Positions 10,866 through 21,000 of a stretch of 64,000 bases of DNA are shown piece after piece. The notes beneath the pieces are model-generated. The model did not search any database and had not been told where the DNA came from. It saw only the letters and a list, made by a program, of their open reading frames with translations. The position numbers and the translations under genes are program-made. Each line of letters opens with the position of its first letter. The stretch's first letter is position 1. The stretch lies in the NCBI RefSeq assembly GCF_057098645.1, contig NZ_CM169472.1; one strand, given 5' to 3'.

Positions 10866-11549
10866 TCAGTGCAGGCAGCACTTTTTAAATTTTTTACCAC
10901 TGCCACACTGACACGGGTCATTACGACCGGGCAGTTTTTCTGCCCCCTTCACGGGAACAGGCCGGGATGATGCCTCTGACATTCTCACCGACAACCAGTG
11001 CTGGTAAAGCGCCAGTGCCGCAGGCTGAATGAGAGTAATACTCTGTTCAAATTGAACAGGTGACATTTTCTCAACCACTGGGAAGTTCTTTTCAATACCA
11101 TGAAGGGCTATCGCCTCCAGCGAGGGACGTAAGGCCTCTGGCAAGGCTGACCAGTCATCCAGAGACCGGCCTTTCATATACCCGAAACACCACTCTTCGA
11201 CGATGGTATATGTCTTCCCCTTCACCTCACGTCCATTGAAAATCGGTTCAAACTGTTCAGGGGCCTCATACAGGCAGCCAGCGATATCGTTCATATGCTG
11301 AAAACACAGCCCCACAAAACGCGTCATCTCTTTTTCAGTGGTCCAGCGAGGGTGGTAATCACCTCGCCCCCAGATAGCACTGAGCCAGGTATTAGGGGAA
11401 ATCGTATTCGGGCCAGAGACAATCGCCGTCAGAAAGCCATCCAGCTCAGAGAAACAGAGCACAGAGTCATCATTGCCGTATTTCATCAACACCTCTTCCA
11501 GCCAGTCGATTTCCCGGTCAATCAGCGGCCCGCTTTTCGTCAGTTTCAT
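10866..11549 (-). CDS. YecA-like UPF0149 / SEC-C motif protein (island-borne paralog of core yecA)
   Basis: 227-aa ORF alignable over its whole length with YecA (1199..1864), roughly half identical by eye; same C-terminal [20 protein letters not shown] motif; start abuts the hsdS stop. Confidence 0.8.
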   Translation of the reverse strand: MKLTKSGPLIDREIDWLEEVLMKYGNDDSVLCFSELDGFLTAIVSGPNTISPNTWLSAIWGRGDYHPRWTTEKEMTRFVGLCFQHMNDIAGCLYEAPEQFEPIFNGREVKGKTYTIVEEWCFGYMKGRSLDDWSALPEALRPSLEAIALHGIEKNFPVVEKMSPVQFEQSITLIQPAALALYQHWLSVRMSEASSRPVPVKGAEKLPGRNDPCQCGSGKKFKKCCLH

Positions 11550-12189
11550 TCGGCAACCGCCTCATCGACCTTAACACGACGTTTGCCAGTCAGTAGCTGT
11601 TGCATCAGGGCTTTTTTCTCGTCTTTCAGGCAGGCGAGTTTTTTCTCCAGCGTGGAGATTTCAGCGTCGGCAGCGGAAAGGACGGCGGCGATTTTTTGTT
11701 GTTCTTTGATATCTAATGGCAACCTAAAGTCTTTCTCTTTAAGTTCTCGCATATGTCTGCTGTAACCTAAATTCGGAATATCTGTATTTGAAAGAAGATA
11801 GTATCCAAGTTTTGGTTCAAGTATTTTGCTAGTTTTTATTACTTGCGTTCCATCAGCACCGGGACAAAACACAAACTCAATCCATTTGACGCATCTTGTA
11901 TGATCGCCAAAAACAATCACAGGCACGTCCGAATAAACCTCTAAATTATTACAGTACCCAGCAATTCGACTTTGCCCTTGATCGATTATAGGGATGGAAC
12001 CTGACTGTAAATAATCGGAAGATTTGACTTGCGCCGATTTTTTATTTGCAACAATGAAAGCATTATCAAACGTTAAATATACCCACTCCCCATTAAACCT
12101 CCCCCCATTCTCATCCAGCAAGCGTTTTTGTCCGGTAAGCAATTGCTGCATCAGGGCTTTTTTCTGTTGCTGGCTGTTGGTGAGAAGCG

Positions 12190-13245
12190 GCTTTGTTGAA
12201 TAAATCAGATTTCGGGTAAGTCTCCCCCGTAGCGGGTTGTGTTTTCAGGCAATACGCACGCTTTCAGGCATACCTGCTTTCGTCATTTTGTTCAGCGCTC
12301 GTACCAGGGCCATAGCCTCCGCAACCTGACCATCGTAGTCACGCAGCGTCAGTGAACCCCCGAACAGCTGTTTTACCCGGTACATCGCCGTTTCCGCTAT
12401 CGAGCGACGGTTGTAATCTGTTGTCCATTTCCACCGCGCATTACTCCCGGTCATTCGCTGATTAGCCACTGCACGGTTACGGTCTGCATATTCACCGGGC
12501 CAGTAGCCCGCACCTTTTCGGGGAGGGATAAGCGCGCTGATTTTCTTACGCCGCAGTTCATCGTGACATAGCCGGGTATCGTAAGCGCCATCGGCGGCGG
12601 CTGACCTGATTTTCCGGTGGGTTTGCCGGATTAACCCGGGGAAGGCCTCTGAGTCCGTAACGTTGTTCAGCGACAGGTCTGCACAGATGATTTCATGTGT
12701 TTTACTGTCAACGGCGAGATGCAGCTTACGCCAGATACGGCGGCGTTCCTGGCCATGCTTTTTGACTTTCCACTCGCCTTCACCGAAGACCTTCAGCCCG
12801 GTGGAATCAATCACCAGATGTGCGATTTCACCCCGGGTGGGCGTTTTGAAACTGACATTAACCGACTTTGCCCGCCTGCTGACACAGCTGTAATCCGGGC
12901 AGCGTAGCGGAACGTTCATCAGAGAAAAAATGGAATCAATAAAGCCCTGCGCAGCGCGCAGGGTCAGCCTGAATACGCGTTTAATGACCAGCACAGTCGT
13001 GATGGCAAGGTCAGAATAGCGCTGAGGTCTGCCTCGTGAAGAAGGTGTTGCTGACTCATACCAGGCCTGAATAGCTTCATCATCCAGCCAGAAAGTTATG
13101 GAGCCACGGTTGATGAGGGCTTTATTGTAGGTGGGCCAGTTGGTGATTTTGAACTTTTGCTTTGCCACGGAACGGTCTGCGTTGTCGGGAAGATGCGTGA
13201 TCTGATCCTTCAACTCAGCAAAAGTTCGATTTATTCAACAAAGCC
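12190..13245 (-). mobile_element. IS5-family (IS903-group) insertion sequence, copy 1
   Basis: ~1057 bp; terminal inverted repeats GGCTTTGTTGAATAAATC at both ends; flanked by 9-bp target-site duplication GTGAGAAGC (12181..12189 and 13246..13254). Confidence 0.85.
12245..13213 (-). CDS. IS903-group (IS5 family) transposase
   Basis: 322-aa ORF; DDE transposase with ...LIDSTGLKVFGEGEWKVKKHG...WRKLHLAVD... region; identical protein encoded at 28742..29710. Confidence 0.88.
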   Translation of the reverse strand: MKDQITHLPDNADRSVAKQKFKITNWPTYNKALINRGSITFWLDDEAIQAWYESATPSSRGRPQRYSDLAITTVLVIKRVFRLTLRAAQGFIDSIFSLMNVPLRCPDYSCVSRRAKSVNVSFKTPTRGEIAHLVIDSTGLKVFGEGEWKVKKHGQERRRIWRKLHLAVDSKTHEIICADLSLNNVTDSEAFPGLIRQTHRKIRSAAADGAYDTRLCHDELRRKKISALIPPRKGAGYWPGEYADRNRAVANQRMTGSNARWKWTTDYNRRSIAETAMYRVKQLFGGSLTLRDYDGQVAEAMALVRALNKMTKAGMPESVRIA

Positions 13246-13815
13246 GTGAGAAGCTTTTCCGTCACCGAAATCGCCTCATCCCAGGTTGACAGAATTTTAA
13301 CGATTCTCTTTTGTTCAGACAGTGGGGGGATATTAAATGGCCACTTAAACCAACTATCTAACTTAAAAATCATTTTCTCTATGTGCACACCAATGCTAGA
13401 GTGGAAGCAGGTTTGCTGGAAATATAGAGACTCCGATAGAAATTCCATATAAGGAAGATAAAAACCGGACTTCCCTGTAAGCACACAATATTCATTCGAT
13501 ACAATTGAGCCAGAAAGTTCTTTAGGTACAAGACCGCAAGCACCGTGCACAATTTGTCGTTTTGATATGAGAAAGTCGCCTTCTTTAATATAGAATTGAC
13601 TTTTTACGGAGATATCTTTTCCTTTAAGATGCTCACGTCTTATTACGCCACCTCTGGAGCGCTTTACTGTAACTAAGTCATACTCTTGATTATCTTGTAT
13701 ATATGCCTTTCTTGCCTCTATATTTAAGCACTTTTCTAATGATAACTTTTGCCATCCTGTAGGTAGCATTCCAAGGATCGGTTTTCCAGCTTTAACGCTC
13801 ACTGGGTAAAGCGAA

Positions 13816-15339
13816 TCACGAGCCATAACCCAACTCCTTCAAATACCCTGCCATCTCAACTTCCAGCTTCGCCAGTTCCACCTTCAGTTGCTCACGCTCT
13901 GCTCGCACCGCCACCAGGTCAATCTCATCCTCTTCTTCAAAGGTATCGACATAGCGCGGAATATTGAGGTTGTAATCGTTGTCCTGAATTTCCTTCAGGC
14001 TGGCAAGATAGGCGTATTTCTCGACGTTATCGCCATCACGGTAGGTCTTGACGATTTTCTTAATGTTTTCTTCGCTAAGCTGGTTCTGGTTTTTACCTGC
14101 CTTGAATTCACGGCTGGCATCGATAAACAGCACCTTGTCATCAACTTTCTACTTTTTGAAAATCAGAATCGCAGCCGGAATCCCCGTACCGTAGAACAGT
14201 TTTTCCGGCAGACCAATTACCGCATCCAGCAAATTTTCGTCGATCAGTTTCTGGCGAATTTTACCTTCGCTGGAGCCACGGAAAAGCACACCGTGTGGCA
14301 CAACTACGCCCATACGGCCAGTTCCCGGTTTCAGGGTTTCGATCATATGCGAGATAAAAGCGTAATCTCCTTTAGTCTTCGGCGGTACACCGCGACGAAA
14401 ACGGCCAAACTTATCGTTCTCGGCCTCGTCATGGCCCCACTTATCGAGGCTGAACGGTGGGTTAGCGGTCACGATATCAAACAGCATCAGGTCGCCATTT
14501 TTATCGAGCAGCTTCGGGTTACGAATGGTATCGCCCCACTCGATTTTATGGTTGTCTTCCCCGTGCAGGAACATATTCATTTTCGCCAGCGACCACGTAG
14601 AACCGATCGCTTCCTGACCGAACAAGGCATAGTTACGACTATCATGCCCGGAGACAATTTTACGCCCACACTTCATCAATAATGAACCGGAACCACAGGC
14701 TGGATCGCAGATGGTATCACCCGGTTGCGGATCGAGCAGTTCTGCAATCAGGTCCGAAACTTCCGGCGGGGTATAGAACTCCCCGGCTTTCTGCCCACCG
14801 CTGGCGGCAAAGTTTTTGATCAGGTATTCGTAAGCATTGCCGATAACGTCCAGCGTACCGACACGACTCGGCTTCAGGTTGAGATCTTCACCGGCGAAGT
14901 CTTCCAGTAGCTGACGCAGTATGGTGTTTTTCTGTTTTTCTTCGCCAAGACGATCGGTGTTAAACGAAATATCCTGGAACACGCTTTTCCCGGCATCTTT
15001 CAGTTTGGTTCCGTTGGCTTCTTCGATTGCATGCAGAGCCTGATCGATACGCTCACCGTTACCCAGCTCATGGCGGCGTTCGTACAGCGCATAAAAGCTG
15101 GCACTTTTTGGCAGTACAAAACGCTCGTTGGCCATCATCGCTTCAATCAGTTCCGGCGCATCGCCATACTGTTCTTTGTATTCGTCATAGTGATCCTGCC
15201 AGACATCTGAAATGTACTTGAGGAACAGCATGGTAAGGATAAAGTCTTTATAGGTATCAGCACTGATGGTGCCACGGAACGTATCACACGCGGCCCACAG
15301 GGCTTTGTTGATCGTGTCCTGACTGATTTTGTCGTTCAT
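13816..15339 (-). pseudogene. hsdM: Type I R-M methyltransferase subunit hsdM with in-frame amber stop
   Basis: ORFs 14149..15339 (396 aa, N6-adenine MTase motifs incl. ...IVTANPPFS...) and 13816..14133 (105 aa) are in the same frame, separated by a TAG at 14149..14151. Confidence 0.75.
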
Positions 15340-15642
15340 GAATCATCCTGGTCTGAAGAAAAAGCTAGCGATGCAGGGCTTTGCATCTTAAAAATTGCGG
15401 TAAATGATACCGTAAGATGCCTCCCCTGACACGCCAATATCGCAGCATTCAGGTTTGCATCATCCCCGTAATATCGACATGAGACAGACTGACACAACCT
15501 GGCTCGTCACTCGCTAAAAACCAATTATCTTAGTAAGATAGCATCCATATTAGCCATGGTGTAAAACTGCCGTTGGGGTAATGATGATCCATATATCACC
15601 CATTCTGGTGTGTGAAGCTGACATCATCCATAATCGGCAACG

Positions 15643-16878
15643 TTGATGCCCTTTGATAGTAATGATGACCGTCAATGTGATTCCCCTGCTGACTGGAGGT
15701 CTCCGGATAGAATGAGTATTGCCAACTGCGCTATCGGCCCACTTTATGATGAGCAAATAAAAAAAACACTTATGTATGCTGACCATAAATTCAAGCGGCT
15801 AATGAATACACGAATGTCGTTACTCGAACATTTATCACCCCACTATGACTTATCTTCCATGTTCAGCTATGAGTTGGAGGGAAGAGTTTTTCGGATTAAA
15901 TTGATCAAGCCTGAGATTAAATTATCTCGCCAGCAGTTGATCTTCTCCTCACTCTTTTTAGAGCAAGATTTTCTAAAAGAATATAAAAAACACATCTCAA
16001 ATACTCTACAAAAAACAATCAAACAGTGCATTAAAAAATACAAACAAAAAATCAAAATCGAGCCTTCTATTTTAGATTACATATCAGCATCACCCCGCAA
16101 TACGTCGAGTTATGTATTACATGAGATAGTTTCTCAATGTGAACATTGCGATGAAATTCGCAATATTAAAAATGATATATTGCTTGATGAACTAACGTTG
16201 AATGGCCGGATCACTAACATTTCAAAATACATTAAAAATAGTCAAGATAAAATCGTCGAACATATAGAGTTCTGCACTCATAAACTTGTCAATATAAGTC
16301 GTAAGAATCGTCACATTTTCAACAGCACCACAATACCTGGTAGAAAACCTAACATCACTGGTGTTTTACTTTGCCTTTCGGAATTGATAAGCAACCTGCA
16401 TATTTACCCAACTGAAATTAATAATATAAGCAATGCCATAATATTAAGCATTGTATACTCTGTACTTCAACATCTTCAATCTGGAAGAGAAACAGAAAAA
16501 ACCAAAACCTCTCCAGCACTGAATTTCATCCCCACCATCATCGCACCTCATGTTTTCTACCTGGCGAAACGCGAAAAATCCTCTCAATATAAATACATTG
16601 AAAAAGAATATCTTCTCGGCCAGTTACTTATATTTTTGATGTATAAAACAGTTTACTACTCGATTCATAGCATCAGGGTAAGCCGTAAGCATTTCTATAA
16701 CGATATAAAACCAAAATTAATGACACTAAAAAAAGAAAGCTTATTAAGCACCAATTTCATGAAAAATCGAAGAGAGATTAGTGGTGAAGTCTTTGGTGAT
16801 GTTGGTAGTATTGAGGCTGATTTTCGAGAAATCAGCACATTGATTCATCGGCGAAAGGCTCTGTTTATTTCCTTTTAA
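15643..16878 (+). CDS. Hypothetical protein, AT-rich orphan ORF
   Basis: 411-aa ORF in a very AT-rich block; Lys/Ile/Asn-rich; no recognisable motif; true start may be an internal Met. Confidence 0.4.
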   Translation: MMPFDSNDDRQCDSPADWRSPDRMSIANCAIGPLYDEQIKKTLMYADHKFKRLMNTRMSLLEHLSPHYDLSSMFSYELEGRVFRIKLIKPEIKLSRQQLIFSSLFLEQDFLKEYKKHISNTLQKTIKQCIKKYKQKIKIEPSILDYISASPRNTSSYVLHEIVSQCEHCDEIRNIKNDILLDELTLNGRITNISKYIKNSQDKIVEHIEFCTHKLVNISRKNRHIFNSTTIPGRKPNITGVLLCLSELISNLHIYPTEINNISNAIILSIVYSVLQHLQSGRETEKTKTSPALNFIPTIIAPHVFYLAKREKSSQYKYIEKEYLLGQLLIFLMYKTVYYSIHSIRVSRKHFYNDIKPKLMTLKKESLLSTNFMKNRREISGEVFGDVGSIEADFREISTLIHRRKALFISF

Positions 16879-17279
16879 TCTTTAGAGAACACTATATCAT
16901 CGTGAAGCAGAGCTAATTTCAGCCTTGCATAGATCATTATCAATGCCATAGACAGTGTTAATCATATGACATCGTTCCGGTATTGATACTGATTATCAGG
17001 CCTTGGTTTTATGTAATTTAAACACCACCATCTCTGAAACCCCATAACGCTCACAATTTAACCATAAAAACTAACCGGTTTATACCCGCTAACAAAATCA
17101 ATAACATATTGAATTTAAATAACTATAACCATTCCAACTACAGATGACTGGCTTTTATTTATGGTATATGTCCCGGCAGAATCAAGCTTGCGCCCTCTAC
17201 CACTCACGATTTAGGATTTCCTCGCTAACACAGCATGTTTCATTATAAATCAATGTATTAATTTAAACGAGGATAAACC

Positions 17280-18126
17280 ATGTTCGAGAAAATGAAAAAC
17301 AATGTAACCCGTGTACCGGGGAATTTAACCATACTTAATCAATACCAAAAAGACATTGATCACCTGTCTAAATTATTTTCTGAACAGCTATTACTGGATC
17401 TAATGACGACTACCAACCCTAATCAAACATTGCAAATGAAACCTTCTGTAGATATTCTTCATGTACTATCTCCATCAGCATCCACTGCTAACCATATCAA
17501 TTTTTTTCAGCACGTCCCAGTGATCGAACTATGGTTAAAAAAGGAGTGCACTGCCTTTAATTCACTTGCTATTTATTTCTATGCACAGCAATCCCGTAAA
17601 AATGTCATTCCGAAAAAAAATCTGTAGACAACTGGACGTATTTATTAATACTGAACTTGCATCTGCGGTTAATGGCAATAGTAATTCTAAACCCCTTTTT
17701 CATTTTCTAAATAACTACCTTTATCATCCTAAAATGATTGCATTGATCATTTTATCTATGCTGCCTTATGAAGTCATTCGTAACGATGAATCACTGAGTG
17801 AGTTTAAAACACCATTAACCACACCCGATGAGTTTATTATCAAAGCATTTTGCGTTAAAGGTACGCAAAACACCACGGGACATAAAAAAGATATCGAACA
17901 ATTGCTTCGAAAAACATATATCTACATTGCATTACTTTTGAACCCTGAGTGGGTACCATCATCCAAGGATTTGATTTCCTTTTTATCAGGAGAGTCCACC
18001 GAGATAAGTGGTTCAATGAATTTCCAGTCAACGTCCAGTGGTCTGGGTGTTCAAACTAACAATATCACTCTTCTTAAGAATGAGGTTTACTTCGAAAAAA
18101 TAGCGAACAAGATCATGAAACTGTAG
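17280..18126 (+). pseudogene. Hypothetical AT-rich gene split by +1/-1 frame change at an A8 tract
   Basis: ORFs 17280..17627 and 17566..18126 overlap in different frames across the homopolymer AAAAAAAA at 17613..17620; removing one A fuses them into a ~282-aa ORF. Confidence 0.45.
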
Positions 18127-18269
18127 TTTCTTAATATAATGGCGACATGGAATTGTGTTGCCATTATATCCGAATCAGAATTTTTCACCTGATGAACTGT
18201 GAAAACTGAGACTGGCAGACAGTAATCTCGCACCGTATTTTTTCTGTGTTATTTTACAGGAGAAATACG

Positions 18270-19400
18270 ATGCCCATTCTGGATCTGCGTTTCAGCAACA
18301 AATCACTTCACCAACTTCCCCATCCCCTCACGGGCTGTCAGGAATACCGTGATATTCACTGCCAAAACCTGCGTGCTCTGGTGTATCCCAATCGGATCAC
18401 GCTGGCCTTTCGTGCCACTATAAACAATCAGCGTATATATGAACCCCTGGGTCAGTTCCCTCAGCTCTGCGTTGAGGATGCCCGTCAGCATGTGATGAAA
18501 CTGCTTGCTGATAAAAATCGTCTTGCGGTTCAGTCCCGTCGATTCACTGTGGAACAGGCCATCAATGACCTGTGGCTACCGGATTTGCAGTTGTATAAAA
18601 AGAGTCCTCAGTCAGAGTTGTCAAAACTCAACCTCTACGTTCGCCCGTTCTGGGGCAAGCGGCAACTTCGCGACATCACGGCAGGAGAACTAGAACAATA
18701 TGCTGCTGGCTTACGGGAAAAATTACGTCCGTCAACAGTAAACCGTATCCTCGCAATATTGTCCAAAATATGCTCTCTGGCAGTACGTGCTGGATGGATC
18801 ACGCATTCCCCGATGTCACATGTCCGCTATCTGAAAGAAAATAACATTCGCTATCGCACACTATCAGCGACAGAAATCCCGCGCTTTATTGACGCGGCAA
18901 CAGCGCTGCAAACACCGGCAGCTGATTCTATATTGCTTGCTCTTTATACGGGGATGCGTATTGGTGAGGTATGTACCCTGAAATGGGAGTACTGGCACCT
19001 GGATATGCATCAACTCATACTGCCTGATACAAAGTCCGGACACCCTTTCACCTGCCCACTTGCACCTCCAGCCATTGCAGTTGTCCAGTGCCAGCAGGAC
19101 CTGATGCTCAGCAAAACTTACATTTTTCCGCGACTAACCGACAATGCCCGCCCTCTGGCATATCCGCGTGCAACCTTTGCCCGTATTTGCCGGGATGCCG
19201 ACATTGATAACCTGCGGATGCATGACCTGCGCCGTACCTTTGCCACCCGGGTACTACAGGCGACCGGGGATATTGCAATCGCTTCCCATCTGCTAAATCA
19301 CCATTCACTCACGGCGACCCGTCGCTACGCTTTTCACAATGCAGCGACATCACACGCAGTGGTTTCTCAGGTCATTGAAAGTTATGACACGAAAAAATGA
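18270..19400 (+). CDS. Tyrosine recombinase / phage-type integrase
   Basis: 376 aa from the ATG at 18270, which is preceded by AGGAG; C-terminal catalytic region ...HDLRRTFATRVLQ...HLLNHHSLTATRRYAF (R..H..R..Y). Confidence 0.85.
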   Translation: MPILDLRFSNKSLHQLPHPLTGCQEYRDIHCQNLRALVYPNRITLAFRATINNQRIYEPLGQFPQLCVEDARQHVMKLLADKNRLAVQSRRFTVEQAINDLWLPDLQLYKKSPQSELSKLNLYVRPFWGKRQLRDITAGELEQYAAGLREKLRPSTVNRILAILSKICSLAVRAGWITHSPMSHVRYLKENNIRYRTLSATEIPRFIDAATALQTPAADSILLALYTGMRIGEVCTLKWEYWHLDMHQLILPDTKSGHPFTCPLAPPAIAVVQCQQDLMLSKTYIFPRLTDNARPLAYPRATFARICRDADIDNLRMHDLRRTFATRVLQATGDIAIASHLLNHHSLTATRRYAFHNAATSHAVVSQVIESYDTKK

Positions 19401-19440
19401 ACCAATGATCTGTGATTCGTGAAAGCAGTTCGCAGAAAGA

Positions 19441-19608
19441 TTGAATCTTTCTGCATCCACGGTTGCGTCAGATATTTCTCGCAATCCCGGAAAACTCCCG
19501 CCCTTCATCAGAATTGGGCGGGCTATACGATTCTCTCTTGACGATATTGTTGATTGGGAAAATGCACATCGTCAAAACAAACTTAAAGGTGATATAAATG
19601 GTTACTAA
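19441..19608 (+). CDS. Possible AlpA/Xis-like HTH excisionase-type small protein (start codon uncertain)
   Basis: Frame translation ...LSASTVASDISRNPGKLPPFIRIGRAIRFSLDDIVDWENA... resembles AlpA-family regulators; no ATG start, so a TTG/GTG start or a 5' truncation is implied; not in the ORF track (<60 aa). Confidence 0.3.
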   Translation: MNLSASTVASDISRNPGKLPPFIRIGRAIRFSLDDIVDWENAHRQNKLKGDINGY

Positions 19609-19786
19609 GAACACGGAAAATAACGCTAATAATGCACTGAACATTCTTCCCGAATCAGCAAGCACAGCTGTAGACAACGATGAAAAATATCTGTCCTTTG
19701 CATTAGTTCTCGCTATCACGATTATGGGCAACTGAACCGCCCCGGGAATCCTGGAGACTAAACTTCCTGAGAAAGAGGTAAACAGG

Positions 19787-20113
19787 ATGACTAAAAATAC
19801 TCGTTTTTCCCCTGAAGTCCGTCAACGGGCAGTCCGTATGGTTCTGGAAAGTCAGGGCGAATATGACTCACAATGGGCGACAATTTGTTCCATTGCTCCA
19901 AAGATTGGCTGTACGCCGGAGACTCTGCGTGTCTGGGTTCGCCAGCATGAGCGGGATACCGGGGGCGGTGATGGAGGGCTCACCACCGCTGAACGTCAGC
20001 GTCTGAAAGAGCTGGAGCGTGAAAATCGTGAACTGCGCCGCAGTAACGATATCCTTCGCCAGGCTTCCGCTTATTTTGCGAAGGCGGAGTTCGACCGCCT
20101 CTGGAAAAAATGA
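19787..20113 (+). CDS. IS3-family transposase OrfA (HTH)
   Basis: 108-aa [22 protein letters not shown]..., typical IS3-family OrfA with leucine-zipper-like C-terminus. Confidence 0.85.
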   Translation: MTKNTRFSPEVRQRAVRMVLESQGEYDSQWATICSIAPKIGCTPETLRVWVRQHERDTGGGDGGLTTAERQRLKELERENRELRRSNDILRQASAYFAKAEFDRLWKK

Positions 20114-21000
20114 TGCCACTGCTGGATAAGCTGCGTGAGCAGTACGGGGTCGGACCGCTATGCAGCGAACTGCATATTGCCCCGTCAACGTATTACCACT
20201 GTCAGCAACAGCGACATCATCCGGATAAACGCAGTGCCCGTGCGCAGCGCGATGACTGGCTGAAGAAAGAGATACAGCGCGTATACGATGAAAATCACAA
20301 GGTATACGGTGTGCGTAAAGTCTGGCGTCAGTTGTTACGGGAAGGTATCAGAGTGGCCAGATGCACTGTGGCACGTCTCATGGCGGTTATGGGACTTGCC
20401 GGTGTTCTCCGGGGTAAAAAGGTCCGTACGACCATCAGCCGGAAAGCCGTTGCCGCAGGCGACCGCGTAAACCGTCAGTTCGTGGCAGAACGACCTGACC
20501 AGCTGTGGGTGGCTGATTTTACTTACGTCAGCACATGGCAGGGCTTCGTCTATGTGGCGTTCATCATTGATGTGTTTGCCGGATACATTGTGGGGTGGCG
20601 GGTCTCATCGTCCATGGAGACGACATTCGTGCTGGATGCACTGGAGCAGGCGTTATGGGCCCGTCGACCGTCCGGCACGGTCCATCACAGTGATAAAGGT
20701 TCTCAGTATGTATCGCTGGCCTACACACAGCGGCTTAAGGAAGCCGGATTACTGGCATCAACAGGAAGTACAGGCGACTCGTATGACAACGCGATGGCGG
20801 AGAGCATCAATGGTCTTTACAAAGCGGAGGTAATACACCGTAAGAGCTGGAAAAACCGTGCAGAAGTGGAACTGGCCACACTCACGTGGGTGGACTGGTA
20901 TAACAATCGACGATTGCTGGAAAGGCTGGGCCATACTCCTCCGGCAGAAGCAGAAAAAGCTTATTATGCTTCCATCGGAAACGATGATCTGGCAGCCTGA
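20110..21000 (+). CDS. IS3-family transposase OrfB (DDE integrase-like catalytic domain)
   Basis: 296-aa ORF with DDE motif region (...WVADFTYV...HHSDKGSQY...[10 protein letters not shown]...). Confidence 0.85.
   Translation: MMPLLDKLREQYGVGPLCSELHIAPSTYYHCQQQRHHPDKRSARAQRDDWLKKEIQRVYDENHKVYGVRKVWRQLLREGIRVARCTVARLMAVMGLAGVLRGKKVRTTISRKAVAAGDRVNRQFVAERPDQLWVADFTYVSTWQGFVYVAFIIDVFAGYIVGWRVSSSMETTFVLDALEQALWARRPSGTVHHSDKGSQYVSLAYTQRLKEAGLLASTGSTGDSYDNAMAESINGLYKAEVIHRKSWKNRAEVELATLTWVDWYNNRRLLERLGHTPPAEAEKAYYASIGNDDLAA

Larger units (their letters stand above)
11546..13826 (-). pseudogene. hsdS: Type I R-M specificity subunit hsdS, interrupted by IS903-group insertion
   Basis: N-terminal part (ORF 13215..13826, runs into IS sequence) and C-terminal part (ORF 11546..12151, with HsdS conserved ...ALMQQLLTGQKRL... 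and C-terminal ...LMQQLLTGKRRV) separated by the IS at 12190..13245. Confidence 0.8.

Noticed and set aside
10843-10921. 5' extension of the cold-shock-domain protein ORF to the Met at 10921
   Set aside because: It would overlap the upstream YecA-like gene by 56 bp; the internal Met at 10843 gives a compact arrangement. The start remains uncertain.
19468-19731. Minus-strand 87-aa ORF between the integrase and the IS629-like element
   Set aside because: The region is better explained by plus-strand coding (AlpA-like stretch and the 5' part of the IS-disrupted gene).
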